Under the pieces are notes generated by a model that was not told where the DNA came from, did not search any database, and worked only from the letters and a program-made list of their open reading frames with translations. Below, piece by piece: positions 1 through 14,331 of a stretch of 64,000 nt of DNA. Made by a program: the position numbers and the translations under genes. Source of the stretch: Eledone cirrhosa (taxonomy: Eukaryota); contig OZ024755.1 of assembly GCA_964016885.1 (NCBI GenBank), positions 13,206,001-13,270,000 on the forward strand. Direction: 5' to 3'. Every line of letters begins with the position of its first letter. Within the stretch, counting starts at the first letter, position 1.

Positions 1-2765
1 ATATTTTACAAAGTTTAGTATTTGCATATTCTGGGGTTGATACACCAGAATATTGATTCGATGGTAAACTAACAACTTTTTTTTTTTTATAGCAATAAAT
101 ATATATTTTTACATATATTTATTCAAAAACCAAAGAGATTTTTTTTTTTCTTTTTTCAGAATGATTTTTTTTTTTTTTTCCAGTTTCAAATTATTCGTGT
201 ATGTTGCTGTTGTGGTTATGCTAATTTAACTGGCTTCAATTACCTCTACCACTAGAATAATTTAATAGAAGAAAACTACTGTAGTTTGCTTGAGGCAATG
301 TAGAATGTGTTATAGCAATGCAGATTAAATATTAAATATAAACAAATAAAGATATTGAAAGGTTATTTTATAAATATCTAATTGAATGGGAGACAAGCAC
401 AATCCATTTAAGAGCATTCCACACAGTTTCTATGTACTCAGTTTCATTCACAAGGTTGTGTCAACCCAAGGCTATAGTAGAAGACACTTTCCTGATATGC
501 CACACAGTGGAATCAAACTCTTGATCATGTAATTGTGAAGCAAACTTCTTGACCATTAGCCATACTGCTCAAGTACTTCTTAACTAGAAATACACAAATT
601 TGTTGCCATTCAATTTACAGAAGTAAATTATTTTTGCCTCTTATTCAGCATATTTGGAACTGGAGTTATTGTAGGTATCATAGATACCCTGTTGAGACTA
701 GGCAGATTTTATTACTTTGAAAATAGTGAAGTTGATTGTGTTGGAAATCTTAAACATTAATTCGTAAAAGACTGAGAGATATAGAACCAAATACAATGAA
801 ATACTTACAGTAGATATAAGCTCACAATGTCTAGTCTATGATTTCTAGTTGCTTATATTATTCAAATGAAAATAGATAAGTAAATGCAAGTACTTTAAAG
901 GCCATCTTCCTTGCAAAATTATGAAAGCTTCATACTCATCATGGAGTCTTTTCTGGAGTAATGTTTTACAGCCTGATGACCTTCCTGGTGCTAACCCCTT
1001 TTAGTTGCCTCTTACAATACACTGAAGTACACTTTAGCTATTCTAGACTGGTTACTCACAACATTGAACAGATTAGAGTGATATACACTTAATTATAGAT
1101 AAAAATATAAAAATTCCAAGCCATCATGTCAGTGACAGGGATTTATGACTGTATATATGTATTTATAGCCATAAATATGTAGATTCCCAAGTTGTGTCAG
1201 GGGAGGGGGGTCTACAGTTAAAAAAAGGTATTCAATACATTGGTAGAGTATAGGCATCTTTATTATATATAAAAATGACTTCTCCAGGACTAGAACTACT
1301 TCATACGAATGAAACCGTTCTACATCTGTGGAAGTCATTTCTATATATAATAAATATCATGTAATGAGTTTTGTTTCTGCAACTGAGTATATACACACAC
1401 ACATATATATATATATATATATGTGTGTGGTTAACTTTATTTGTAAGCCTTCCACATCTACAAATCTGCAAAGTTCTGCCCTAAACACTTTCCATAAAAT
1501 TCTAGACACTTTTTTTTTTTTTTATTCAAGGCCTCTCACTTGCCAGGTTTGTTGCCAAAAATAAAATATGTAAAATTTTAGAAACAAAATATTTTATTTT
1601 TAGTATGTTAACTGTGTTTTTCTTTTTTTTTTTTTTCCGTCTTAAATCTGTTAAAAGATTATCAAATACCACAATACAATTTTCCAAACTTCAGTACGAA
1701 AAGATGGCTACAAATTTATGCTGGCATTGTGTGTGTGTAGCTGGTATCTATGAATATGGAGTTCGTTTCCTGCTAGCAACTTTGTTTTCTATCTTTAAGG
1801 GTTTTCAACCTATTTAATAAGCTATTTTATAGCATCTCAACACATGAGCACACTATTATATATATATAGTTCAAGGAGACAACAAACAGAGGTACAAAAA
1901 GTCTTATTAGTTTCACACTTTATATGGAAAAGGAGAAAGTTCAACATGTTGGGCTTAAGCCCTACTTCAGGAGTACGAAATAGATATGTATGTGTATATA
2001 TGTATGTATATATAGAGAGAGAGCATCTGTACTGGGACCAGGAAGACCTCAAATCAAAAAAATACTCTATATATGGTGAGATGCAAAGTGAGTATATTAG
2101 TGGAATGTAGAGGATCCACCACTGAACTCGATGGTAGATCCTCTTCTTCCACTAATATATATATATATATATATAGTAATGTGATGTGTTGTTTCCTTGA
2201 GCAAGACACTTTATTTCACATTGCTCCAGTTTACTCAGCTGTAGAAATTAGATGATAGGACTGGGGTCCATATCATTCCACTGCAAAGTGGTTGTGGAGG
2301 TGCCACGGCAAAAAAGCCCCCAGCCCACACTGTAAAGTGGACGTGTAGGTGCCACGGAAAAAAAAAGAAAGCACCCAGCACTCGCTGTAAATAAGGTTGG
2401 TGTTAGGAAGGGCATCCAGCTGTAGAAATCAAGCCAGAATCAGTTCCCGTCCCACCCTTGGAAGCAAGGAAAAGCAGACTTATGATGATGATAAACACAC
2501 TTGTCTTATGGGTTTCTATGATACTCTAAAACCTGCACCAAATTAAGAGCTTCTATACAGTGTATTGTGTCAAGTTAGTAATCGTTGCTATTGGTGACTG
2601 TTTACTTTGATGTTTCATTGACATTAGTGGCTTATTAAAATACTTTTGATAAGACACTGACACCAGCAATACTTTGAAGTAAATAGTTACCTTTAAAAAC
2701 ATGTATGTATGTCTGTGTGTGTATATAGGTATATATACATGTGTGTGTATATATATATATATACA

Positions 2766-2797
<32 letters not shown>

Positions 2798-5665
2798 GTA
2801 ATAATAAATGTGACTAAAATAAATATATGTATGTATGTATATATATATAATAATTGTTTCTACTTTTGGCACAAGGCCAGCAATTTGGGGGAAGGGAAAG
2901 TCGATTGCATTGACTCCAGTGTGTTACTGGTGCTTAATTTTATTGACCCCATAAGGATGAAAGGCAAAGTTAACCTCGGCGGGATTTGAACTCAAACTGT
3001 AAAGGGCCGTAATTCTATGCTGCAAGGCATAGTCTCCGGCTGTCTACCGATACTGCCAATCCAACCAATTATTATTATTATTATATATAATAATAATAAT
3101 AATGAAATTATTGTGTACAGTGTTCAGGTGCACTACAACTCATCAAAGGTGCATGTATAGTACATAGAATAATATACATATATATGACGTGTGTCTGTAT
3201 ATATATATATACACATATGTGTGTGTATGTAAAGTCATGTGCTGATGCACAGAGATGCTATTAAAAGCTGATAGAGTGAAGACCCTTAAAAGTGGAAAAA
3301 GGAGTTATATATATGGTGTGTCTTGTTCTTGAGCAAAACAGCTTATTTCACATTGCTTCAGTCCACACTACTGGCCGAAATGAATTTTACCAAGGATTCA
3401 ATGGACCAGGATTTTCACATGCTAAATATCCTTGAGAACTATACTAAAACTATGTGAGTCTATGGAATGCTCAGCCACTTACATGTTAATTTCACAAGCA
3501 GGCTGTTCCATTGTTCAAACAACTGGAATACTCTGATGGAGATCCAACACACACATATATACTCTCTCTCTATCACACACATATATATATTGGCCTTCCA
3601 CATGCTAACGACCCACCGGGTTGTATTGGGACCCACTAAATTGGCGAAACATGCTCCTGGTGAGTGTGTACATGTGTGATTTAGGTGAGGATGGTTTTTC
3701 ATTTCAGTTTATACTTTTAATTTTAATGTTTTACCAATGCCTCTAGTAACTTATATTCTTCTCATGCTGGTGGTTCGAAATTCCTGTAATGAAAAACCCA
3801 CTTTCCTGTGTCTTTCCCCCTCTATATAATATATTGTATATATATATATACACACACACACACTCGTACACCTGGTTCTAATTTGGTTCTACATATATTT
3901 AGATGTTTTTGGTATGCAGTTCCTAAATACTTTTAGTGCTTCCTCAATTCCATTCTTCAATAATATACTTTATTATATAGCATCTATGTTTATGATTTTA
4001 CATATAAAAACATGGAAGTGTTGAATACTTATCAGTGAAGTTTGTAGAGTCCGGTATATATGTTTATATATATATATGTATGTCTGTGTAAAAAGTAAAC
4101 AGAAATAAAGCAAATGACACAGTATAATGAAGAAATATATAAGTTTAATGCTTGAAATAATAGGAAATGCACCTTAATGTTTCGGTCAATAGTCCTTCAT
4201 CGGAGGATAGAATGAGAAATAGAAAAGTAAAGAGTGAGAAGTGTTTTATCATCATCATCGTTTAACATCTATCTTCCATGCTAGCATGGGTTTATCTTCT
4301 GTCATAATTTTACACAAGATCCATTATGTTCTAAATATTAGCTTATAATGATAAAATTAGTTATTCTACTAAATTTTCAAAATTCTTGATTATTTACAAA
4401 ATTTATTTGAAAACATAGACTTTCATCAGAAATATAGTTCCAAAAGGGTTAAAGAATTTCACTGAGAGTTTAAAATTTGTTGACTGCCCTCAATCTAGTT
4501 TATCTGGCCTGATAATGTTGTGAGTAGGTGGTGGGGACTGCTACTTGCAGTTTGGGGGGTAACATGAGAGAGCTGGTTGCTAGGTGGGAGTCAATGGTAG
4601 ATGAGCTGAGCTGTCTTGTAAAGGAATTGGCTAGATCCCTACTAAAGGAACTGTTCTTTCTCTGATACTCAATACAGACATACAAATATTTACATAGATA
4701 CACATTTATGCTGGTTTAATAGTAGTAATTTCAACTTTAAAATAGTCTACAATAATATACACTTGAAATTGTGATATATACTTCCTTCCTTGGATATTTT
4801 AAACAATCACTATACTGTACACACAAACACACACTTTCATACTCATGTACATACACACTCATTTACATGCTTGCATACACACATACATTCACTCATGTAC
4901 ATACACACATGCACTCATCTACATATACATTTGTGTAAATGCATGCACTCATATTTAGTATGCTGATTGTTATTAAATCTCTCCACTGGACAAAACTAAT
5001 TTTTTAAAAAAAATTTTTTTGTTTTGTTTTGTCTTTAAAAAGAAAAAGGTCATTGTTGAGGATTAAAACATTTATTTTTATGTCTAATTGGCAAAATCAT
5101 TAAAGCATCAGGCAAAATGCTTCACAATATTTGTTCCATGATAACAATAATAATAATAATAATTGTTTCTACTTTAGGCACAAGGCCAGCAATTATGGAG
5201 GAGAGGAAAGTCAATTAAACCGACCACAGTGCAATACTGGTCCTTTATTTTATTGACCCTATAAGGATGAAAGACTAAGCTAACCTCTGCGGGATTGAAC
5301 TCAGAACATAAAGGACTGTAACTATGTCACATAGCATGTTGTCCGTTGTCCAACGCTCTACCAATTCTGATATACAAAGCCTGGGGAGAGGGGAAAGTCA
5401 ATTATGTTGACCCCAGAAGAATGAAAAGCAAAGTTGACCATGGTGATATTTGAATAATTGACTTTCCTCTCCCTCCACAAATTACTGTCCTTGTTCTTAA
5501 ATTGGAAATCAGTCGATAAAATAAAGTACCAATCATGCGCTGGGTAATTGCTGGCCTTGTGCCAAAAGTAGGAACATTTATAGTTATATAGAATGTGTTT
5601 TTTCCTTCGAAAGTTTCATAATTGAAACTAAAACTACGATGTGAGACAATCTTCTTCATCTGTAT

Positions 5666-6402
5666 GTTCATGTGTGTTGCTTGCATGTGTACATGTGTGT
5701 GTGTGTGTGTTTGCATGTGTACATGTGTGTGTGTGTGTGTTTGCATTTGTACATGTGTGTGTGTGTGTGTTTGCATTTGTACATGTGTGTGTGTGTGTTT
5801 GCATTTGTACATGTGTGTGTGTGTGTGTGCTTGCATTTGTACATGTGTGTGTGTGTGTGTGCTTGCATTTGTACATGTGTGTGTGTGTGTGTTTGCATTT
5901 GTACATGTGTGTGTGTGTGTGTGCTTGCATTTGTACATGTGTGTGTGTGTGTGCTTGCATTTGTACATGTGTGTGTGTGTGTGCTTGCATTTGTACATGT
6001 GTGTGTGTGTGTGTTTGCATTTGTACATGTGTGTGTGTGTGCTTGCATTTGTACATGTGTGTGTGTGTGTGCTTGCATTTGTACATGTGTGTGTGTGTGT
6101 GCTTGCATTTGTACATGTGTGTGTGTGTGTGCTTGCATTTGTACATGTGTGTGTGTGTGTGTTTGCATTTGTACATGTGTGTGTGTGTGTGTGCTTGCAT
6201 TTGTACATGTGTGTGTGTGTGCTTGCATGTGTACATTGTGTGTGTGTGTTTGCATTTGTACATGTGTGTGTGTGTGTGTGCTTGCATTTGTACGTGTGTG
6301 TGTGTGTGCTTGCATTTGTACATGTGTGTGTGTGTGTGTTTGCATTTGTACATGTGTGTGTGTGTGTGCTTGCATTTGTACATGTGTGTGTGTATATGTA
6401 CA

Positions 6403-6471
<69 letters not shown>
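5666..6471. repeat. Compound minisatellite [GCATTTGTACAT(GT)n] followed by (TA)n
   Basis: About 25 units of about 30 bp with variable GT number; source of spurious ORFs in all six frames. Confidence 0.97.
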
Positions 6472-6473
<2 letters not shown>

Positions 6474-6859
6474 CAACAGTGTGACTTAAGTTTTCAGCAA
6501 TTTCTAAGCTTGCATTCCTGCTACAGTTCTCAATTGGAACCGTTTCACTTCTTTCGCAAATGTTCATCTTTGGAAAGACATAACTTATTTCAACATCTCG
6601 GTTTCTTTTAGTCTGCAACTAAGGTTTCATACCTATTCAAGTAATATTAATAGTAATAATAATAACCCTCGTTTGTTGTTGTTGTTGTTGTTGTTGTTGA
6701 AGTTCTAACTAACCTTAGTCTTTTGACTAACTTCTCTCCTCCCCCTTAAACTTCCTAATGCCTTAAAAAATAAATTGTTATTTAATCATGCTTTGTGTCT
6801 CATTTCGTCTTTTACCTTCCTTTTGCTTGTGTCATTAATCATTTATATGTGTATGTATG

Positions 6860-6900
<41 letters not shown>

Positions 6901-6939
6901 AATATTAATAAATGGAGACATTCACGTACTCAAAATATG

Positions 6940-7003
6940 TTTTATTATATATATATATCGGAGGTACTGTGCTGTTTTTTCAGTACGTCCTCATCAGATA
7001 AAA
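6940..7003 (-). ncRNA. Decayed type I hammerhead motif (left arm of palindrome)
   Basis: TTTTAT-CTGATGA-GGACGTACTG...CAGTACCTCC-GAtA(TA)n-ATAAAA; perfect stem I, 9/10 stem II, GAAA mutated to GATA. Confidence 0.55.
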
Positions 7004-7118
7004 TATATAAATTGATGTATGACATACCTCAACTGTGCTGATGGTTCAATTCCAGTCTTGGCAGGACTGGAATTGAACCATCAGCACAGTTGAGGTATGT
7101 CATACATCAATTTATATA

Positions 7119-7180
7119 TTTTATCTGATGAGGACGTACTGAAAAAACAGCACAGTTCCTCCAAAATATATATAAGAAAA
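7119..7180 (+). ncRNA. Decayed type I hammerhead motif (right arm of palindrome)
   Basis: TTTTAT-CTGATGA-GGACGTACTG...CAGTTCCTCC-aAAATATATATA-AGAAAA; GAAA mutated to AAAA. Confidence 0.55.
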
Positions 7181-7325
7181 CATATATTTTGAGTACGTGA
7201 ATGTTTCCATTTATTAATATTTTGAATTAATATTAATAACTCCAGAAAACTTCTTTGTTGAATGCTTCTAATCTATTGTAAAACTATATTCATTGATTAA
7301 TCAATGAACCTTGTTTAACTTTTGG

Positions 7326-7360
<35 letters not shown>

Positions 7361-10200
7361 CGTGTGTGTTTATCCTGGGTTCAATCAGGCATAACCACAG
7401 TAAGGTAATCAATACATAGCAGAGTATAAATATTTAATATAGAAATGGTTTCTACAGGACAAGAACTGTTTCATTTGGGAGAACCATCAGGAAAGCCGAC
7501 TGTCAATGTTATATGGTGGTATTTATACATTTTCTGGTGGTCATTGGGGTGTTGGGAAGGGCATCCAGCCATACAAACCAAGTCCTGTATGAGCAAGTCA
7601 TGGTCATATATTAAACATGATGTTTACATTCTACTCGTATAGTACCTTCCTTATTATGGTTACCTGGGACTCACAGATATATGTATGTATATATCTATAT
7701 ATGTTTAGATTTTTGGACCTCTGTGATTGTTTTTATGGACATGACAATCTCCCTAGATTTGGTGATCTACACAATAAACATACCCAGTTCACACAGTAAA
7801 GTTGTTGGTGATAAGAAGGGCATCCAGCTGTAGAAAGCTTGCTAAACAAAGGGTTGAGAAACCCCTTTGTTTGTATCAAAGACATGACAATCTCCATAGT
7901 GCTTGTGCTACAATAAAATGCACTCAATAGAGCATGGGATCGTATATAGCAAGATGTGGACCAGTAGCCCCACGTCAATACTAACTGTGAAGACCCATCC
8001 AACACCATTGTCAGCAGGAAAAGCAGACGTTAAATGATGGTGATGATGATGATAATGATAACATATATATCACTTATCTCCACTGTAATAAGGACAGTCG
8101 GAATGGAATTCAGTATAGAAGCTAATGAAATTTGTCTTACCATGCTTTTGTTATTTAGAATAATTATTGTGAGCAATAATTAACGTTATCATTTATAGTT
8201 AATGAGCTGAAGTCATTTAAAGTGAAGTGTTTTTGCCTAAGGTACAGTATAAAATCAACAACAGAATACAATTTTGGTCAATTATATAATAACCTAAGAA
8301 GCAGCAAATTGGTTGAGTTATTAGATCAGTTTAGGTGTATTGTAGTATTAGTTCTGGCTTTCTGTGCTCTGAGTTCAAATCCTGCTAAAGTCAACTTTGT
8401 CTTTTATCTTTTTGAGATCAATAAAAAAAGTACCACTGGAGGTGATTCTTTCTCTATATCTTTTTCTCTCTTCTCTTTCTCTAGTAAAATTCAGCTGTTT
8501 AGAACTGGGGAGGGGATGAGCTCTGCAAGGTTTAAAATGCCCAAGAAATGCTGTATGTTATCACAGCACCCTTCCAACTTTATCAGGAGTTACAGATTCA
8601 TACATATACAGTAACCAGTCTACCCAGAGGCCCACATTGACACAAAATACAAAAGAATGAGTTCCTACCTAATCCCATCTTCAGAGTTGGCACCTAAGTA
8701 TTTATTGCCCTGGGCCACCTTGACAATATGTGCCCCCTTCTCCCTGTTATGTATCCATTCCATTCTCCCAAATAAAATAATTTCAACTTACCATCTGGTA
8801 AGCTGATAAACCTAGTTTAGACACTTTTTGATCTTAACACACTAAAAAAATTACTATATCAAATAGGTAGCTATTTGGCCTTAATGGAAGTATTGGCCCT
8901 GCCTACCTTATATGTTGAGTAAGGCTAGTTCTCTCGTGATGCTAGGCTTTAATATCCCCAGCTCCTTAATAGTTAATTACTCCTTTCCATGGTTCTCCCT
9001 TTAACCAGGAAACAGAAACTTTTTTTCAATTTGAACAGCCATTTTTAGCTAAAAAATATATAATAATTGATACTATTGGAGCTGCATAATTTATTACAAA
9101 CAAAAACACATACAAGAAAACATTTAATTCAATGAAAGTTTTGGTTTTGGATCCTTACCAAAAGTTTGTTTTATGTCCATGTCATTATATAATAAATAAA
9201 TAAATAAATAATTAAATTTAGACAATTTGTAGTCCCTAAAAACCATATGCTGCTCCAGTGATGCAGGTTTCCAGTCCCTGCTCTAAACCATTCTTCCAAA
9301 CTGTCTGCATATATTAAATGCTTTGAATCCACTGGTTTGGTACTCCGGTACTAACAATGTTTGACTTCACTCAGCCATCTTGGTATTCTGTTCTGCTACA
9401 CACTTCTGTTTACTACTGTTATTTACACCATCTTCTGCTTGAATCAGCGATTATTTTACATTGTTTTAACCAGAGTTCTGCAGTAAATCATTGCCACGAT
9501 TTTAGTCAAGGTCAAAACATTTATCTTTTTTTCAGATTTAATTGAAAAATATCACTATCAATTCTTCAAAGATTTTTTATGTGTACAACCAGAATTGGTG
9601 ACCATACACATGGCAGGGCAGAGTCAGAGTTCAGAGAGTTAATGAGAACCCCTTATTTATATATATATATATACATATACAATCCTCAAAGGTTATCCAG
9701 ACCTTATTTTTCTGTGATTGTCTTAAAGACTATTTTGAAAATATAACACTGACAGTAGAACCTTGCTGAACAGCCATCTTATAAACCAAATACTGCTTGA
9801 ATACTCTATTGATCCTAAACATATTTTAGTAGGGTGGACTACAACCATGAGCCCTTCCTCTACACATATATCAACCCCATTGTCCACTAGATTGATCCAG
9901 TCAAATGTTTCCTCAAGGTCAAATATCCATTATCAGATGAAAAAGATGAAGGTTTTTGTGGAAATATTTCTTTTAAAAGAAGAAAATGTGTTACAATATG
10001 GATTGATTTTCACATATCTGCTGATGTTGTTGCTGTTGTATCATATTTACCTCATATTAATTAATTTCGTCCCAGAAAATATTGAATTGAACTGTTGATG
10101 CCAGATTAGCAATATCTTTTCTTTTTCTCAAAAATATTTTTTTGTTCAAAGAACATAAAGCAAATATTTTTTTTGTCATATATATCGTAATTTGGTAAGT

Positions 10201-10223
10201 TTACCTATGGGACTGTTCATAAT
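10201..10223 (-). CDS. CDKL2: CDKL2/3-like kinase, putative terminal coding exon
   Basis: tcttttcag acceptor, then N-Y-E-Q-S-H-R-TAA in phase with exon 8; total CDS 1461 nt. Confidence 0.4.
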
Positions 10224-11248
10224 CTGAAAAGATAAATTATGATTTCAATTTAGCAATAAGTTAACAATGGAGTAAAGGTAATTGAATAGGGCTTAGTATA
10301 CGAGGGTTGGCTGAAAAATTCATAGGCTGACTATGAAGGATTTTAGGGTTGTGAAATTTGGAATGCTTTAATTTCAACTTTTCTTATTGATAACTGCATT
10401 GTTTCTTTCCTGAGACTATCATCATCATCATCATCGTTTAACGCCCATCTTCCACACTAGCATGGGTTTGGATTACTATGTTTGACTATGTTTAAAAATA
10501 AACCTCTTCAGCTGACTCACGTGTGTGTACACACACATACACACATACATATATACACACACATGATGATACGCTGAAAAGTTCATAGGCTGACCATGAA
10601 AAAGTGATACATTGTTTCTTTCAAGAAACTATGTTGAAAAATAAACCTCTTTTGGTCATTCCATGAGAGTTTCTTGGTCAGCCTATGAATTTTTCAGCTG
10701 ATACTCATATAGTAACATAGGGAGTTATAGTAAACAGAAGGAACACAATATAACTTGTGAATGTTTTACCTGTAAAATTATATCATCATCATCAACATCA
10801 TCATTTTACATCTGTTTTTACAGGTTGGCATGAGTTGGGTGGATCATCACAGCATCACAGTCCAAGACTAGAGAGGTTGGAAAACCACATCTTACTTATA
10901 TGTTCTATTTTTGATTTGATTTCTACAGTGGAATACCCTATCTAATGTCAACCACATTATGGGATTCATTTTATCATGGGCCCCAGTATTACCATTTTAC
11001 AGAGAGAAATGGGTGCATTTTATCATGGCACCACGACTACCATTTTACATTGTCTATTGGGTGCATTTTATCATGAGACCAGCACTACCACTATCATCAC
11101 TATCATCACTACAACCACCATAATCATCTTTATCATCATCACCATCAACAACAACACCACCACCATCACAGTCATTACCATCATCATCATGAATATCATC
11201 TGAAAGATAGATCGGCAATGATTTGAAACCTACACTCTCTTGACTTAC

Positions 11249-11463
11249 TTTCCAAGTTCTCCATTTTAGGCAGAATCAAAATGTCTCTTTTTTCAGGTTC
11301 ATTTAGTTTGATTTTCTTTTTATCCAAATGACTAAGTCTGTCGTAGGTTTTGCTTTCATCATTTATTTTATAAATACTAGAAAAATGGTTTTGTAGAAAC
11401 TGTAGTCGTTGCTGTGTCGGGTTGGACGAATCTATCACCTCTGTCTGGTAGTTTACCATTGGT
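11249..11463 (-). CDS. CDKL2: CDKL2/3-like kinase, coding exon 8 (tail)
   Basis: PMVNYQTEVIDSS...ILILPKMENLE; phase 2 acceptor fits exon 7; GTAAGT donor at 11248. If unspliced, the frame stops at 11196. Confidence 0.65.
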
Positions 11464-12684
11464 CTATTAATATTAAAATATTTTTACATGTGATTTGAAA
11501 GCCAATTAATGCATATGATGAAAAAAAATGTAAAAACATGGTTTTTATTCAAAATCTTTTACCTTAAAAGATCTTGTTCATTGACAGTAAATTATAGTAG
11601 TAATAGTAGAAGCAAAAATAGCTTTAGCATTTTTTTTTTTTGTGTGGTAAATATCACCATCAGTATCTTCATCATCATCACTATCGTCATCAACACCATC
11701 ATCATCATCACCACCGTTTAACATCTATTTTTTATGCTTGCATGTTTTAGACAGGGTCTCAACTTATGAGACTAGATAGGCCATGCTTATACAATCTGTT
11801 TTTGGCTAAATGCCCTTCTTAATGCTAACCACCTTACAAGGTGGAACTGGTTGTTTTTTTGTCGTGGCATTAGTATGACCACCTTACAGGACGGACTAGG
11901 TGCTTTTTTGTCATGGCACCAGCATGTCCACCTTACAGGGTGGACTGGTTGCATTTTTTGTCATGGTGCTACAATATATATATATATATCATCATCATCA
12001 CCACTGTTTTACATCCATTCTTCCCCACTAGCATGGGTTAGACGAGGTGTCTTGTTATGGGCAATGCTAGGTCAGGTGACCTATATATATCATCATCATC
12101 GTTTAACGTCCATTTTCCACGCTAGCATGGAATATATATATGCATGTGTGTATATATATATATATATATATATGACAAGCTTTTGCAGTTTCCATTCACC
12201 TAATTCCACTCACAAGGTATTGGTCAACCTATAGCTATAGTAGTAGAAGCCACAAGTCTAAGGTATTTCTCAGCATAGCTGCAAATCAAACACAACAACC
12301 ACAAAGTCAGGTAACATTAAAAAACCAATGAAATTATCATATTTATTAAAGTAAACTTACTCCCTTTAGCATTTACATTACTCTATATTTACTATTGTAT
12401 TTTCATGGTAAACACTTTACCATACATAATTATCTCACATAATATCGAATCTATGAGATATTGATATTATTTATTTTGAGAACCATACCTTAACATCGGT
12501 AAGAGTGGCCAGTTACAGCTGGTTTGAATAGAAAGAGGTGAGAGAATTCTGGCCAGATATAAAATAATAATAATAATAATAATGAAATTATTATGTACCG
12601 TGCTCAGGTGCACTACAACTCATCAATATGACTGGTTTAAATGCTAAAGGGTTAATTAATTTTCTGTGAGAGAAATCAACTTAC

Positions 12685-12887
12685 GTTGTTTGTGTATTTT
12701 GTCTGCAGATAAAATTATGATTGATTGGTGGCATGGCTTCAGAAATAGTACAATGATCAGGTCTAAAGATATTATTATTATTGTCTTGATTCCATAAACC
12801 TGTTAACTGTTTCTCTTGTTCCACATGAGGAAATATACTGAGCCATCTTGTCGTTTCTGTTGGCTTCAGGTTAGTTGTAACATTTTC
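12685..12887 (-). CDS. CDKL2: CDKL2/3-like kinase, coding exon 7 (C-terminal tail)
   Basis: Open 203-nt exon ENVTTNLKPTET...EAMPPINHNF..., tttatttag acceptor and GTAAGT donor, phase-consistent. Confidence 0.75.
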
Positions 12888-13010
12888 CTAAATAAATAAA
12901 TGATAAAAAGTCAAACTAAGAATCTGGGAGATTTATTTTTAAGAGAATAATAGTTTTTTTTTTTTTTTTTTTTTCTCGTAAATAAACTTAGCAAGTTTTT
13001 TCTCTGCTAA

Positions 13011-13052
<42 letters not shown>

Positions 13053-13365
13053 CATCATCATCATTTTACGTCCGCTTTTCCCTGCTTGCAAGGGTGGGAC
13101 GGGAACTGATTCTGGCTCGATTTCTACAGCTGGATGCTTCCTAACACCAACCTCATTTACCATGAGTGCTGGGTGCTTTTTTGCCGTGGCGCCTACACGT
13201 CCACTTTACAGTGGAATGATAGGAACCCCAGTCCCTATCATCTCATTTCTACAGCTGAGTAAACTGGAGCAATGTGAAATAAAGTGCCTTGCTCAAGGAA
13301 ACAACACATCACCCGGTCTGAGAATTGAACTCACAACCATTCGATTGCAAGCCCAATGCTCTAAC

Positions 13366-13388
13366 CTATATATATATATATATAAATT

Positions 13389-13425
<37 letters not shown>

Positions 13426-13602
13426 GTATATATATATATATATATTTATGTATATATATATATATTTATCATCATCATCATCATCATCACCGTTTTACGT
13501 CCGTTCTTCCACGCTAGCATGGGTTAGACGGGTTGTCCTGTTGTGGGCAGTGTCTGGTCGGCTGACCATGCCTTGCTCATACAGGAACTGATCTGGCTTA
13601 TG

Positions 13603-13667
<65 letters not shown>

Positions 13668-13695
13668 GTATATATATATATATATATATATTTAT

Positions 13696-13735
<40 letters not shown>

Positions 13736-13736
13736 T

Positions 13737-13773
<37 letters not shown>

Positions 13774-13838
13774 GTATATATATATATATTTATGTATATA
13801 TATATATAAATTTATGTATATATATATATATATAAATT

Positions 13839-13885
<47 letters not shown>

Positions 13886-13915
13886 TTATGCATATATATA
13901 TATATATATATATAC
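13366..13915. repeat. Interrupted (TA)n compound microsatellite
   Basis: (TA)n punctuated by TTTATG, with a SINE piece inside. Confidence 0.95.
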
Positions 13916-14109
13916 AGGTTGATATATATTATACATAAATTTATATCTATATATATATATATATAGATATATATATATATATAAATTTATGTATAATATA
14001 TATCAACCTTTCATGACATGCAAGGATATGATGGTGTGTCTCAAGACACACATGGCATATAGTTCAATATTCTAGAATGTCAACGAAAGTATTTCTTTAC
14101 TTAACTTAC

Positions 14110-14331
14110 CTTGCCAGCTTCTCTTTCTTTGAGTTTACTTCTCTTCTCTTCATGTTTCACAATGTCACTTGATTTGTGAATTTTCTGTAAAAACTTATTT
14201 TGTTTTTCCCGATGAATTTTAGCTCGAATTTCCTGAGGAAATTTTGAAGAGAAGCTGTCTTTTTGAAAGAACCCTTTTTTAAGTAATTGTGTACTTGTTG
14301 GTCTTACTTTAGGGTCAAGATTTAAACAATC
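14110..14331 (-). CDS. CDKL2: CDKL2/3-like kinase, coding exon 6
   Basis: DCLNLDPKVRPTSTQLLKKGFFQKDSFSSKFPQEIRAKIHREKQN...; kinase subdomain XI followed by the CDKL post-kinase helix; 222 nt; GTAAGT donor. Confidence 0.9.

Noticed and set aside
5402-6618. Six overlapping 270-333 aa ORFs (HTHT/CVCV-rich)
   Set aside because: Translations of a stop-free GT/CA compound satellite; no evidence of coding.
13495-13966. YIYI-rich ORFs
   Set aside because: (TA)n translation artefacts.
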